A stretch of DNA of 55,909 nt, filler included, from Platydemus manokwari (taxonomy: Eukaryota): the NCBI GenBank assembly GCA_037951405.1. It is 5 parts of 5 records of this genome, joined end to end, with 100 filler letters (N's around TTAATTAATTAA, not from the genome) between each part and the next. Parts side by side here need not be neighbours in the genome. Positions count along the whole stretch, not along the records: positions 24,810 to 34,508 come from JBBMOY011215544.1; positions 34,609 to 43,957 come from JBBMOY011260874.1; 3 more parts are not named here. The stretch is one strand, 5' to 3'. This document shows positions 25,051 through 39,531 of this stretch, one piece after another. Within the stretch, counting starts at the first letter, position 1. Every line of letters begins with the position of its first letter. The notes under the pieces were generated by a model. That model saw only the letters and a program-made list of their open reading frames with translations, ran no database searches and was not told where the DNA came from. A program made the position numbers and the translations under genes.

Positions 25051-28000
25051 ATTTTAATTAACAACCCTTTTTCTTTATAAAAATTACTTTTATACACTTA
25101 AAAGTTCGTTAACTGTTAATTAAACACAATAATAAGATTAAAAAAGTATTATTTACACAAAAAGTAAATATTAAATTGATCGATTCCAAACATAGATATT
25201 GATTGAGTACTAAGACTTAATAACTTCTAAAGATTCTGTGAATACTTTTAGAAATCAATACGGTAAAAAATAAATGATCTTGAAATTAAAAATATAGCTA
25301 TTGCTCCAATAAAATAATTCCAAAGCTTCTAAATTGAATTTTTAATTCGTTTTATATTTTAAACGGCTGTTTATTGCTGGACAAATGTTGTAACATTGTG
25401 AGTTTGAATAAAGTTAGTCTAAGATTCGTTAGTCCTTAAATTTCTCTATCACTATTAAAACGGGCGGCATTTATGATCCACAAAGTTTGGCTTAGAATTA
25501 ATTTTAAAATATTATAAATGGTTACCTTACCGAGAACATAGAGCCTTTAAAACTTCAATATTAATTATATTAAAGATTTCAAAATATGTCACAATAGAAC
25601 ACTCAGAGCGAATATGTAAATACCTATAGAAATGACAATTATATCTGTAGTGTGCTATTGTTTATCTAGAAATCAGTTTACTTTCTTAATATGTTTTACA
25701 CTTTAACTTCATGTAGTCACTAAATTCACAAATTTGATGAAATGCAGTATCGACAATCATCCGACACGAGTTCAATATTTATATTATGCTTGTTTAATGA
25801 ATAGAATTTTATTTATTCATAACTTTGTGTTCTTGCTTACTTACACACTTTAATCAATACCATAAATAATTTTTGTTAATTATTGCTGAACACAATTGTT
25901 ATGTTCCGAAAGAATCGAAGATTGCAATCTGCATTTTTCTAGCACGTACTAAATAGTACGTATACAACGACTAAATATTGACAAAACATTTCATAATCAA
26001 TATAAAACAACCTAAAATTTGGTATTAAACTGGCGATTGTTGCCTAAAATGGACTCTTCCTGCAGATATTATTAAAATGATTAATTTAAACAAATTGTTC
26101 TATAATATCCTATTAATTATTTATTTAAGTAAATTATTAATGATTTTCTTTTAGGTTTTTTCAAAGAAAATTTATTTAGAATTTTTAAATTTTATTTTAT
26201 TTACATACACTTCCATTCTATTTTCTGGACATTGTCATTCAAATCATTGTACATGATTATTGGTATTTATAAATTAATAAAATATTTTATCAGATATCAT
26301 TTAATTATTTCAATTCATATAACCATTATTGATTAAAATGTTCATTTATTTTTCTCAAAATGATTGAGACAACAGAATCTGTATGAAAAATACAAAACAT
26401 GATAATACAATGCCAAAAATCGATAAAAAATATACAGTAATTAGGAGTAATCATTATGTGGAATAGATATACAGCCATAAACACTAATAATGTCATTGAT
26501 ATTATATTGGAATTGTTGTCACTCTTCTACATTCAGCAGATCCTGCGCTCTGTCGCTTTCTGAATTTCTTTTCCTGTGTCTGTATTATGTATTATAATTC
26601 ATTTTGAATTCTTCTATAAATAACATTGAAGGAGAAAAAGCAACGAGGATATGGTTTGATCAAATACATATTTAAGTTAACGTATCGATCTGAAACTTGG
26701 TAGTTACATCAATTGATATAATTATTAGTTAAGATGATTAAGATTAAAACACCAAATAAATTATGTAGTGTTAAATATAATAAAAAATATAAAATAATTT
26801 GTTGAGTGATTGTGGACGTTAATAAACAAATTAAAAAATTCCGATTTTTCACAATTGTTTATATATTATTCACTCTCGTTGCCACGACAACTTGACAAGA
26901 AGCAGTAGTTCTAAAATTAAAATTCTCATCACTATAATAACTAGGTAAATAACCATGGCAAATTGCTAATTAACTAAATATGATCTATAAAATCAATAAA
27001 TCCAAAAACTATCTGATGCATTGCAAACTTTGACAGTTAACTAACTGTTCAATCGTCCAAATGAAAAGAAGTATACTCTCTAATAGAGATCACAAATTGT
27101 CTGGAAGTTCTTTGAATGAGCATCTCAAGAAGAGAGAGAGATATTTATACCAAAAATTGGATTTTTGAATAAGAAAGCTTAAGAATGCATAGTTGATGAC
27201 TATGATCATTCATCGTGCTAAATGTAACTATATATCATAAATTAAAAATTCATAAAAATAAACGCAGTAAACTGAAGACTTTTTGCTTACAAAATACAAT
27301 ACAAGACAGCTTATGATAAAAATATGAATGAACATAATGTTGGGTATTCATAATAATATACATTATAAAATAAAGAAATAATCCATAATAGTATAAAGAA
27401 ATAATAAAAATAAAGTTAATGAAGAAACAAAATGTTTACAAAATTTTCAAAAGGCACAGACAAAAATAGATTAAAATAAATCTGAAAATAGAAATAAATT
27501 AATTAAGAATAATCATTACACAATATGAAAGATAAAAATCATAATAATGATTCCTTAAAATAGTTTAAAAAATAAAAAAGAAAAGGAAAATTAATATATG
27601 AGGCAATTTAATTATTATATTCGCCTTTACAAGAAAAATTAGAAATTAGTTCAATCATTCTTTCTCACAAGCAAATCTCAACTTATCGATAAAACATCAA
27701 TTAACATTCTACTAGAGAAGTAATAATAACTGATCAAACAACGGTTTGGAGCAACTATTGCTCTATAAAAAAGTAGATATTAACCGATCAAATAAAGAGC
27801 CGGAGGATTTATTAATATTAGAAAATTGAAAACCCACAATTACACTAGTAATTTGAGGAATTTAATTACTCAAACAATGTAGTAAACTAATCATGTTATT
27901 GTTGAAATGTGAGCCAAAAATCTACGAAAAATAAGTACTGCGACACTCTTGGTCTGAAGTGAACGAAACACTGAAACTGATATGTCTTTCACTGATATGG

Positions 28001-29427
28001 CTTAAGAACAATAAACAAACAATGCCAACATTACCGACATAACCGATGTCAAACTTGAAAGCACAATAAATAGTGTGTCAAGAGCCTTATGTTTAAGATG
28101 ACAAAATATATCTGAAGTGGAAGAGCAATGAAAACCATGCATTCCCAAAAAAATACTTAAATCAATTATGTTTACAAGAAGGTGATATATTACTCCCATC
28201 CAACACGTTTTAACTGAGAAATAGACTAGTAATTTAGAAACATGGCTCTAGATAACGCCAAAAAATTAAAGCCTGTAGTAACAGTACTCGGATAACAATG
28301 ATTATCATTGACGAACAAACAACTCAATCAATTTCAACATTATGACCATGACGCTATCTTTGATAATATCTCGACATTAAATTTAACAATGTCCTTCAAC
28401 AGAGAATATTCTTTAGGAATTTCTCAGATTCGGATCCTATCTTCTCAAGAATCTGAGTTTTCGTTTTCAATTTATCAAAAGATAAAATCACAAATATCTC
28501 AATCTTATCAAGAGCTATAATGACCTCAAAAAGCCTTATCCCAAGCACACACCATACAATCCCAACTGGGAAGTCTGTACGGACGAGTGAAAATAAGAAT
28601 TAAATATTTGACATTATCTGTTGTTATTTGATCAATTGATTTTTGTGTAAATTTTATTTGGATAATTTTTATTTGAAGTTAACGAGCGTTCTGAAGAATG
28701 TATATAATTGATGTATAAAGATTGTGTCACTAATATTATGAAATTCATTATAATCAGCTTTCTGAAATTATGAAATTGATAATAAAACAAAAAAGTAATT
28801 TAATACTGAAATTAAAACAAATACAAAAGTTATTATCTGAGGAAAAGAAAATAATTTAAAATTTATCGAATCAAATTATTAAATAATTATTAATGCGAAA
28901 GAACAATACAAGGACTTATTTTTGATACCAACTAGGAAATTATTCACAATTATGAATAATGAGATTATTTATAACCGAAAATTGGTATATAAGGAGCGAC
29001 AAAATCAAAATTTTCGCTCATAAAAACGACAAAAAAATTTAGGAAATGCTTGTCAGTTTAGATAATTCATTAAAGTTATTATTTAGAATCCGTCATAGAA
29101 AATCCTATTTAAAAAATGAAAAAATCATAAAATTCGCTCATACCAAAAGCCTATTACTGGAAAACGTTAGCTCAGAAGATAAATCGAGCTTTTGAAAAAG
29201 TAACAGGACACAAATAAAAAATAAATACAAGTACGAGTTGTTATCCATACATAGAAATAAAAGATTTAACGGGACCTGCCTATATCATAAACTACATATA
29301 TACCAAAACTTATATATCAACGATGATCTTTTGTAAAAGTCGCATACAGCGCACATTTTATACACATTGGAGACAACACAAGACACACTTGTAGCCTTAA
29401 AATTACTATCGATATTTATATAATAAT

Positions 29428-30429
29428 GTGTATCCGTGTACTTTTTTGAATATCATAATGTTGTTTAAAGGCAACATTCATGTATGCCCGATGATTATAA
29501 TTAATTTTTATTTTTCAGACATCCGCGAATACAGTATTCAGGTCTCGGGTCAGTCCACAAAGCCGCTGCGTCAAATTCGAACCTACCCATCCGAGCCGAA
29601 CCTAAATAAAAACTATTCCGCTCTCATGGTGAGCGAATCATCTACTGGGAGATATGGTTACCATTTTGACAACCAAACTCTCCTACCAAATAATCTAAAA
29701 TTCAGTAACTGAAGTGACCAGCAAACTACCATCGTTTATGTGGACCAAGCAGGAAAGCATGCTATGAGCACGCTGTTTCCAACCACCAAACAACCTTATC
29801 TGAAAGAAAAGATGTATCTATGCACCACAAATAAATCAGAAACAGTTTATCTTGGTAGTGTACTGTAGCCTATTTGAATGGATCCCAATACAGTCAAAGA
29901 GATAAACCAATGCGATACACGCATCGTTTTCGGACAAATGGAGTTTCCATAAGTTCCCACTACACTGATAATGGAACTAGGATTCGATGTTTTAAAATTC
30001 ATCTGTACTGCTGTTCCTGAGTTTTGTTACAACGTAATGGAGGAACACATAAATCGATATCTCTCATTTACTCGACAAACGCACGATAAGGAAGAGCTAA
30101 GAAAAATAACATTATTCATAGCCACCAGAACGGAAGGCATCGCTAGAAATTTAACCAGCAGTGTTGTAACTCCCGCAATCGTTGTTTTCACCATCCTAGA
30201 TTATCAAGAAAAAGTAGTTATCAAATCAGGATTCACGCTTCGCCACTATGTGAAGCATTTTCGAAATGATTATATCGATCAAGTTAAGGACCTTCACAAT
30301 CAATGGGCCGAAATTAAGCAAGTAAACAGGATCGTGGATCAACACATTCTTGAAGGATATAATGTAGCAGAAATCTATAGTAGCAGACACACAATAGAAG
30401 AATTTCGCATTTACTTTTTAGTTTTTTGA
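29428..30429 (+). pseudogene. Unidentified interrupted reading frame (~330 codons, 4 in-frame stops)
   Basis: ORFs 29428-29712 and 29971-30429 are in the same frame. The stretch between them reads *SDQQTTIVYVDQAGKHAMSTLFPTTKQPYLKEKMYLCTTNKSETVYLGSVL*PI*MDPNTVKEINQCDTRIVFGQMEFP*VPTTLI. Locally GC-enriched, with a possible acceptor tttttcAG at ~29517. Family not recognised. Confidence 0.5.
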
Positions 30430-32152
30430 ATTTATATTATAATTTGAAGTTAACTAGCCTGTTGGGTTGATATCAAACCTTAACCATCAGAGCGAACTCA
30501 CAATTGATATACATTAGAACAGCTAAACCTATCTGTAATAACATTTGAGAAAAATACATGTTTTTCGAATTACTCGGAATTCTCGAATTAAAAACTGTAT
30601 TTATTTGATTTCACTCTCGATAAATTTTAGTTTTGAGGTAGCAATCAACGCTGATTAACTACATCTATTTTCATACATATGATCGGTGGCGTGTACCAAT
30701 TATAAATTACATAATAAAACAATCTAGAAATCAAATTTGTAATCAATTTGATAATGACATACACATTGTGTTTAGCAAATAAGTCATACATCACATGTCT
30801 ATACAAAGAATATTATATAAACCCCAATAAAGCTGTGATCTTTTACATTGCAGGAAAATAACAATAACAGTAATATAGAACAAGTTTGAAAATAAAGTGA
30901 ACTCTAGTATTTTGAAAATCCTTTGATAATCCCATATTTAATTCTGATAAATTTAGAGACAGTTGTTATTTTAGAATTATTAATAATTAATAACCGACTA
31001 TATTTGTCACTTATTTGATCGATTTGTGTTTCTGTGCTTTGTTGTTTAATTCTTATTTATTCGAATAAATTGTATTGTTTTTATCAATGATATTTAATAA
31101 TAAGTAATATTCTATTTTTATTTATTTCTTAAAGAGCGGCGAGAAATGTTAACAAAGATTAAATTATAAAAATAAATTAAGTAATAAATATTTAAATGGA
31201 TAAAGTTAATTAAGAAAAATTAAATATGTAAGAATTAAGAATGGCATTCGAAAAATGCATAAATTATTTCAAGACTAAGAGAAACACATCGATCAGCTAG
31301 TAAAAATTTCGGAGGACGACACTTCATTTTAATTAATAATGAATATAGTTAAAATATCTCATCTAACAATAAAGATTTTATAAAGGCTTAATTGGAAATT
31401 TCAAATTCACGAGACGCAGATATTCGAAGGAAACAGATTTCGAGTATTAAATTTCAACTGCCAACAAAAACAGAGCGAAGGTTGATTTCTATTAACTATA
31501 TTTTGGATTTATACGTAGTCATTTATATTTATGATAAATCAAATAATTTTATCAGTTAATAATTATCATTTTATCAACTAATACTTTTATGCAACACTCT
31601 TCTCGCTTCTCTTCGAACTGCCATCAATTCACTTTCGTGACGCTCTGGGCACTGAAACTAATTTTTATGTTTTATTAAAATTTAGAATAGATAACTTGGA
31701 TTATATTCAGTCTTGTTATAAAAATATTATTAATTGCAAAATGATTATCAAGTTATAACCGAAAATGTATAATTATTATAACTACGATGTTAGCGATTAG
31801 TATAGTTGCTAGATTTTTCAGTCGAATAATTTCCAATGTGGTCTCCAATACCTACTATTAAGCTTACCTTTACAAAAAATATTACTGGAATCTACTCGTG
31901 TTTAGTGAACACGATTTGCCGAAATTTCCGAGATTATCACAGGAGAAGCATTTATAGTGAGTGTAAACAATGTCTCGTTGCGGTGATTTCGAGAAAATTC
32001 TTTTTTTCAATTTTTAGCCGTATTGGCGAATCTTTTCGATTGAGAATTGGAGCTTTGTCGAGATTTTAAAGAATTCTCACTGTCAAATGTTAATTTGCAC
32101 TTATTAGCTTAATGACTAATTTAATACATGTTATATTTAATACATGGTGTCT

Positions 32153-32961
32153 TGTCGCATAGATTTTGTTAGGGATCATATATATAATTGGATACAATTA
32201 TAATGAAGAATAAACATAATAAAATGTAAAATAAAATTTCAAAATTTTAATACAAAAATTCTTTATTGGCAAATCAATTTACTCAGCAGTCATTAAGAAA
32301 GAATAAATAAAGCAAGCAATATAAACAAAGCACATTTCGTAAAATTAAACAAAGAGAAAGACATAACTAAAGCAAACAAAGCCCAATTTGTAAGATTTTA
32401 AGGAAATATAAACAAAAATACGCAAACAAAGCCATGCTTTGTTCCATATAGAACCTTATTCAAAATTAGTATAAATACTGAGCATTTTCTCAGTATAAAT
32501 GCCTTACAGCGCTATAGTTAGTCAACTATTGAATAATCTTAGCGACTTCACTGAAACTGACAATGAGTAATTTTTCTTTATTCATTCTTCATTTTACAGT
32601 TATATCTGCAATCCCTTCACGGGCTTGTCAGCTCTTATAACTCCTCTCTGTCTAAGCTTTTATCGTGTCTGAGTCTGTGTCCGACTATTAGGCGGCACCG
32701 ACAATACTCACTCTCTTTAGGGATAGGAATCGAAACTGTTCTTATAGAACTCTTGCAATTTATTAATTCTATTCAGCTCATACGCTGTTGTAGTTATTCA
32801 GCTTGTATATTTGCTATACATCTCAATAAATTTATTATAAACATTGTGTTTTTGTTCTATTCTGCAATTGTCACAAGTGCTATACAAGAGTGCTAGTATC
32901 CGCAATCCTTTGGAGTCGGAATGCTTAAACCGCTCAATCCACGAGATACGAAATCTCCACA
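32153..32961 (+). mobile_element. Probable solo LTR
   Basis: TGT...ACA ends with near-identical 4-bp flanks (gtct/gtcg). A-rich U3-like part with repeated AAACAAAG, TATAAA boxes (~32470, ~32494), a GC-richer R-like part and AATAAA at ~32824. No second LTR copy in the window to confirm it. Confidence 0.4.
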
Positions 32962-33089
32962 GTCGTGATTTTTGTTAATATTCCAACTAAAACCTTTGAA
33001 AAATATATTAAATTATAAACTATACCCCATAAATTGGTATCGTTTTTGGGAATATTACTATAACAAAAAAATAATATTAGAGTTGATAG

Positions 33090-33567
33090 TGTTTTTACTT
33101 TTGCGTCTAAATTTCCTAAAAAACATGAAAATATAACATTGAAGGAATTTTGTTTTCTATTTCTTGTTCAATATGTTGGTGGAAAAAGAAATTATATTGG
33201 AACAAAATATGGAACTATTTTCTAGGATAACAAGCATGGAGCAGAATTGAAATGTATTGTTAAATGTTCTTTTCCTTATTTGAGAAAGGAAAGGGATTTT
33301 ATGACTATAAAACCTAGATTATTAATTTATGAATTTAACAGTACATCAAAAAATGATGAGTTTTCTATTTACTTAAATAATGTATTACTTAAAGAATTAA
33401 AGATTCCATGTCAAAATAATTTATTTATTGGGGATATATTTCCTAATAGATTATCAAATAGTAATATCCGGGAATTTATAATGATTAATAGAACTTTAAC
33501 AGATCGAGAAATATCAGAAATCAAATATTTATTTAAAGAAAGTTATCCGGATTTGGAGAATTACTAA
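33090..33567 (+). pseudogene. LamG/concanavalin A-like jelly-roll-type ORF relic adjacent to Maverick pPolB
   Basis: C-terminal FSIYLNN...LFIG...IREFIMINRTLTDREISEI resembles the LamG-3 pattern (xYxNG...LxIG...IxExxIYNRALSxxEI). The frame extends upstream of 33247 through one TAG. Intronless. Confidence 0.45.
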
Positions 33568-33749
33568 ATGTGTTGAAGATATTTAATTTTAAATTAAATT
33601 GAATAAAATGGAATTCTTATTTAAATTATGAAAACGATGTTTTAAAGGTAAGTAATAATTGATTTTTTTCTGAATAAAAAAGAGAAGAATTATTAGGACG
33701 CTAGAGTAAATTAAAAAAAAATAAATATAATAAAGTTGTTAGTGGTTTA

Positions 33750-34508
33750 AAGTATTCAATTTTAATACCAGGATGTTATAAATTGTGAACATCAATAAAT
33801 GAAAAATGAATCCTTTCAAAATATTTGCTTAAATCGAAAGATTCATTTGGAATCTCGTCAGAATGTTTTTCACATTTATTAAATTCTTCTCCAAATTTAG
33901 TAAATTCATGTTTTTATTATCATGTTGAATATTATCATTAGTAAATTTTTATTTTTTGCTTTAACGTATCCTTTCCCATTACCGATGCGATTCCTATTCT
34001 AATTCCTTGTTCCCTCATTTCATATATTGTTTGATCTGTAAATAATTCTAAGTTTATATCAGTTACTTTTAATCCAGATTCCCAAGTTAAAGATGATGAA
34101 GAGACTTAATGAACAAAATCAACATTTTTCTGATTACTATATTTACTTTTAAATAAATCTATTGCATTTGCTTATATATTTACATCTTGCTTTAAATATA
34201 GAATTGTATAGTTTTATAATCAAATTGATTCCAAATGGTTTGAGATCTTTGATATTCTTCTTCTGTTATTCCACCTGATTTTAATTTAGAATAAAATCTT
34301 TCAATTGGTGGTACAGAAGTTTCATTTAATATTTCAAAAGATTTTATAAAATCATGTGGATAAATTTCTTTTTCTTTCATTGTTATATAGCTTGGTGCGA
34401 AATCTAGTGAATTATCTGAAAACTCTTTAATTCTATGAATTCTTCATCTTTCATAAATTTATTTATGTTAGCTAAAGAGTTTTGAAATTATCTTAATGAA
34501 TCTGTGAA
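33750..34508 (-). mobile_element. Maverick/Polinton protein-primed B-family DNA polymerase fragment (decayed)
   Basis: The minus strand reads FTDSLR*FQNSL..., KEIYPHDFIKSFEILNETSVPPIERFYSKLKSGGITEEEYQRSQTIWNQF, then SSSLTWESGLKVTDINLELFTDQTIYEMREQGIRIG. This is colinear with the Maverick pPolB motifs FxDSxxF..SL, KGxYPYxY..ETxLPPxExFYSxL, and LSWxAxLKxTxVxLELLTD..GIRGG. Cut by the spacer at 34509. Confidence 0.85.
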
Positions 34509-34608
34509 NNNNNNNNNNNNNNNNNNNNNNNNNNNNNNNNNNNNNNNNNNNNTTAATTAATTAANNNNNNNNNNNNNNNNNNNNNNNNNNNNNNNNNNNN
34601 NNNNNNNN
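34509..34608. other. Artificial contig spacer (44N-TTAATTAATTAA-44N)
   Basis: Same structure as 13250-13349. It truncates the pPolB fragment on its left. Confidence 0.95.
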
Positions 34609-34918
34609 GGCTCTGTCTAGACATGAATTTATTTAATTAAATATTGCTGTTGAAAAATCGTCTGTTACTTATTGTCTATATATTTGTGAATAAATGTCTA
34701 TATATTTTTGAATAAATGTCTATATATTTATGCATAACCCTGTATATCTCAATCATAATATGCTCTAGTTTATGCTCAGGATTATCCTTGTTAAATTAAT
34801 AAAAAGAAATCTAAAAGAATAAAAGCTAGTTATAAATATGTGCAAATGTATATTGATAATTCATTTCGATAAGTATTTATTGTTGACATAAATATATCTA
34901 TAAATAAATAATTCAAAC

Positions 34919-35217
34919 CATTTAACGCATTAACTTCCTTCAAAGAGTTGTGATAGGCAGTTATAAGATTTTGTTTGATTTTATTTTCGTCACTGAGAGT
35001 GCGAACTAAATGCTCTTTTTCATCACGAAGATTTGAAATGTTGATTGACATTTGTTGATACTCTTCAGCCAGCTTTCTTAATCTTGGTAATTCTGATAAT
35101 TGCTGCTCTAGATTTCTGATTTGTTCCTCACGGTTTTGTTTCTCTTTCTTTATTAATTTGATATCATTTTCAAGCTGGCGACGTTTGGCCTTACACGATT
35201 CTGTACATTCTGATGAT
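34919..35217 (-). CDS. MACO1: Macoilin (TMEM57) - second coiled-coil exon
   Basis: tacAG|A TCA..AAT G|GTttga, phase 2/1. SECTESCKAKRRQLENDIK...EKEHLVRTLSDENKIKQNLITA parallels macoilin ECTETLRNRIRELEAE...KTQHLENSLSAETRIKLDLFSA. Confidence 0.88.
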
Positions 35218-38200
35218 CTGTAAATGTTGATATAAGAAATATTATTTCATAGAAATCAATGCAAATAACACGTAATTCATTCATTGGTCCTCTTAATTGA
35301 CTAATCATACAAACTATAGAAAATCACTTACTTAAATTATTAAAATTAATAATTAAATTTTTTTTGATTAAAAAAATTGAAAAAACATATTTACTAAAAT
35401 CCGAGAATTTGGAATAGCTCTAACTAAACAACCAATTTTCAATATAATTTATAAACCAAATAAACATCTGTATCTAATACGCCGCACACAATAGACTGAC
35501 AAAGGGAAATGTTATTCTAGAGAGAATGTTACAATTGAATGACTTCAAATAAATCATGAAAACCGCCTTGCAGACTAACAAGAGACTTAAAAATATTTAC
35601 CTTTTTAACCAGGTTCGTGAATGTGAAACCAGGGGCCTAAGTGATGACCAAATTTGATAACATTCGTTTAAGATAAAGTTGGAATCATAAAAATTGAAAT
35701 GTCTCTAAGTGGGTGTTAAAAATGTTCTATATTTTGTTGAATTTGAAATTTTTATAATTTTTAAATAACTTTAAACAGTTTTTCACATAGATGTCTCTTG
35801 GAATTAATAGATATACCAATGATTATCAATGGAGAATGAAATAAGGCAATTCCACTAAAGGAAATGTATGATTTTCATTTTTATCACATAAATAATTCAA
35901 CATGCTTATCTGACATCATAGATCTCTACAATTTTATTTAATTGTGACAAAAAGAAACTTATCAAAATTAAATATTAATAAAAATTATATAATATTGGAA
36001 AAAATTAAAAACACGATATTTAACAGAAAACTTTCAAAGTAAGACTAAGAATTCAAAGCATATTAAAATTCAAATATGTCGAAGCCCTGATTGAAAATCT
36101 CATAGAATCTTTTATTTATTTGAATGACGTAAAGTGTAGGTGATATATGCAAAATGTATAATATAGTTACGAGTTGTTACCGAAAAATTGACTAACATTA
36201 TAACACATTAAACACATTTTTATTGAAATTAATGTCGATAATGAGATCAAATCCTTTAAAAGCAATATTTGATTAAATTGAAATTCATCTTAAATAAAGT
36301 ATGACCGATATATTTATCAAAAAATATATCCAAAAATCAGTAACAACAAAACACATCAATAATATATAATCATCACTATTTATTAATCGTCACTGAATAA
36401 ATGATAGAAAACAGAAATGGTAAATAATGTGAAAATTTCATTTGAACACCAACTGGAAAATTCTGATAACTAAACTACATATTTTCCTTCAGATCGATTT
36501 TCTAGTGTGATAACAAAAATAAAAAAAACAAAAATAATATTAATTTCATTTTCAAAGAATTTTACAATCAAAAGAGAAAACCAAATATTTTCCAATTCCA
36601 TAAGATTATTCTATGTAGCGTATAAATTCCGATATATGTTTAAGATATTGATTATTTAATTTTGTTTTATATTTAGCTAAGAATTGTCGGCAGTCCTATC
36701 ATCGATACGAGATGAGATAAAAATCACTAATTAATCACTGTTAGATGTTAAAATACATGACAAATTTAATTAAAAATGGTAATATTTGCAAATAAAAAGA
36801 TATCTTGAAAATTATCCTATTATTGTCACGGTAATATTGTTTGTCGAATAACGGGTTAAACTAGCATGTTGTTTATACATTCCAATTTGATTAATATTAT
36901 TCATTTGTTTATTCAATCAAGATGTGTACTAAATATCTTGATGCCTAGTAATGTATATATTAGAGAGTTTATGATGTTTAATAACAGCCATTGAGATTGT
37001 ATAATGGCTGTCCATTGAAATACAAAAATAATTAAGTGACTTAAATCCTTATAAAGCTGAATAATGTGTCTATCTAATTCAATAACATAATACTAATCAA
37101 TTGAAAACATTAAATAATAGAATGATCGAAAACTAATTATATATTTGATGTGATAATTAATTACACGACAGTATTTCGCTAAATAAATACCGATCTTATA
37201 TATTATTAAAGTTATTAACTCCTAATCTGATTTATAACACAATAAGATAATAAAAAATCAAGATTATAAATAATAATAACATTAATAATAATAATATGGG
37301 TGATTTAATTTTAATTATGCTTTTATAATTAAAGGTAGATGAAAAAGCGAAAAACTGGAAAATAATTAAAGAAATTAAGAAAATTATAGAAATAAATATT
37401 AATTATTATATTATTTTTGACGTTTTATCGATTTCCAAAGATTCAACGTTTCTAAATAATTGATTAATAAATTAATGAAAACGTGATTTATCGAGAAAGT
37501 AAGCCCTTGAAACTAAAGTACACATAATTTTAAAATGTAAAGATATATGCAAACATTTAGGAAATATTGCAACAACCTAATTGGATGCAAAAAACATAAC
37601 ACGAATAAAAACATTCAACGATTCTAGAGGTTCCCATTATTGATTTTAAAATAAATCACGAATTTGAATTTACATAAATATTTTGTCTTTATAATAACCT
37701 AAATCTCGCCATTAGTTAAAAAAAGTGATACCCAAAAAGGCTTAGAAAACCATTAAATTTTAATAGACAATGTGAAATGCATTTATTTTCCTTGGGTTAC
37801 TCATGTTTGATGTTATTGAGAACTTGCTTAAAAATAGTCAGTTTCATTATTAGAAAATTCCGAAATAGATGATAAAACTTAATTTCATCTATTATCATTT
37901 GGTAATATTTTTTTATAAAAATTATAATATTAAATTAATTTTTATTCGTTTTTGATTAAAATAAAAAATTGAAGATTTAATTCTTGATCAAAATTTATAT
38001 GGAATGTTAAATAAACGTTAAAAGAAAATATCAGTTGAAACAAAATGGGAAAAAATACGCATAAAGTTGTGTGTCTAATAACCATATACTTATTATAGTC
38101 ATAGCACTGTATTTTCTTTTAATCCTAGATATAGCATATGAATAAATTATTTTGCTTAATGTTATCTTGATTGAATTCTTTAAGCTATTATTTCTTTATC

Positions 38201-39531
38201 AGTTGTCGAAAGGAGTTTTTCTTTAATATAGAAAATAATTAAAATACTGAAATTCATAAATCTCTTCAAAAATTTTTATATTTCTTTTAAAGAGAAATAT
38301 TTTATTTCTTAAGAATTTTTAAGCAAACCTTTTTTATAAGGATATTGGGATTAGTTCTGTGTTGTACTCGATCTGCATTATTTTGTAAGTTTTAAAGCAA
38401 AGATTAACAATTTTTCATTATTTTACGTTCGATTAATAATTATTCCGGCTTATTTCCCCATCAATTATCTCGATAACTCCACGAAAATAATTTTTTAAAC
38501 GAGGTTTGGGAATTCGAAGAAATGGGGATGATTTTATAAAAGTAAAAGTCGGTAAAAAAAAACTAAATCATTAAAATCAATATATTAAAAGCTCGATAAA
38601 TAAGTATAGCGAATATTTGTAAGTAAAGGACGATAAAAATGAAAAATTCATGAATTTAAAATTATTCAGATTCTTTTATATATATATATATACATATATA
38701 TTCAAAACGGATAGCAACTTACAAGGATAACTGAAATGGGAAAGATAATATTTATGGAATAATCAACGGATAAACTAAAATTGAGATAATGGTGTGTAAT
38801 ATTTAATATGTTTCGAGTTTTCCCACATCACAAATCTATAAATCAAATTTCCGAATCGATAATTTTCGAAATAAATGGAAATTATTATAATTGTGAATAT
38901 TAGAATATTTTAACATCAACTTGCTCATCATTTAGGAAACTCCGGAGTAACGAAATTCAAAAATATACTAAATATAATCAATATAATGACAAAATAAAAA
39001 ATAACTTTTATTGAGTAAAATATAAAACAATGTAATTGTTAAATGTCATCATGAGAAATCATAACGCTCTAAGACATTTATTGAATTATAAATCAATTAG
39101 GTACTAAATATATAATTTTCATATCAATATACTCATTATATTTGAACATTTGAATACGATACAATAGAAATGAAGAATAAATATATTATCATAAATCAAC
39201 TTTATCGTATATTTGTATTCATCTTGAAGTTTTTTGGAAAACTTATAAACCTCACTAACCGACCTCGAAAAGGTTTAAAACTGGGCAAAAACTTTTATTT
39301 CATTTTGATTATTCTTTATTTTATCAATGGTAAACACCAGTAAAACACAACTTTAATAACATACACAATATAATCAATGTTTTTGTATTTAAACAGAAAT
39401 CCTTTTAATTAATTAGTAGATACTTTAATAGCAAAAATATAAAAGTTTATAACTGAATGATCTAATAAAAATGAGATAATTAAAATCCAATAAAACTGAA
39501 AATACAAATATAATTTCGATAATAGACTAAC

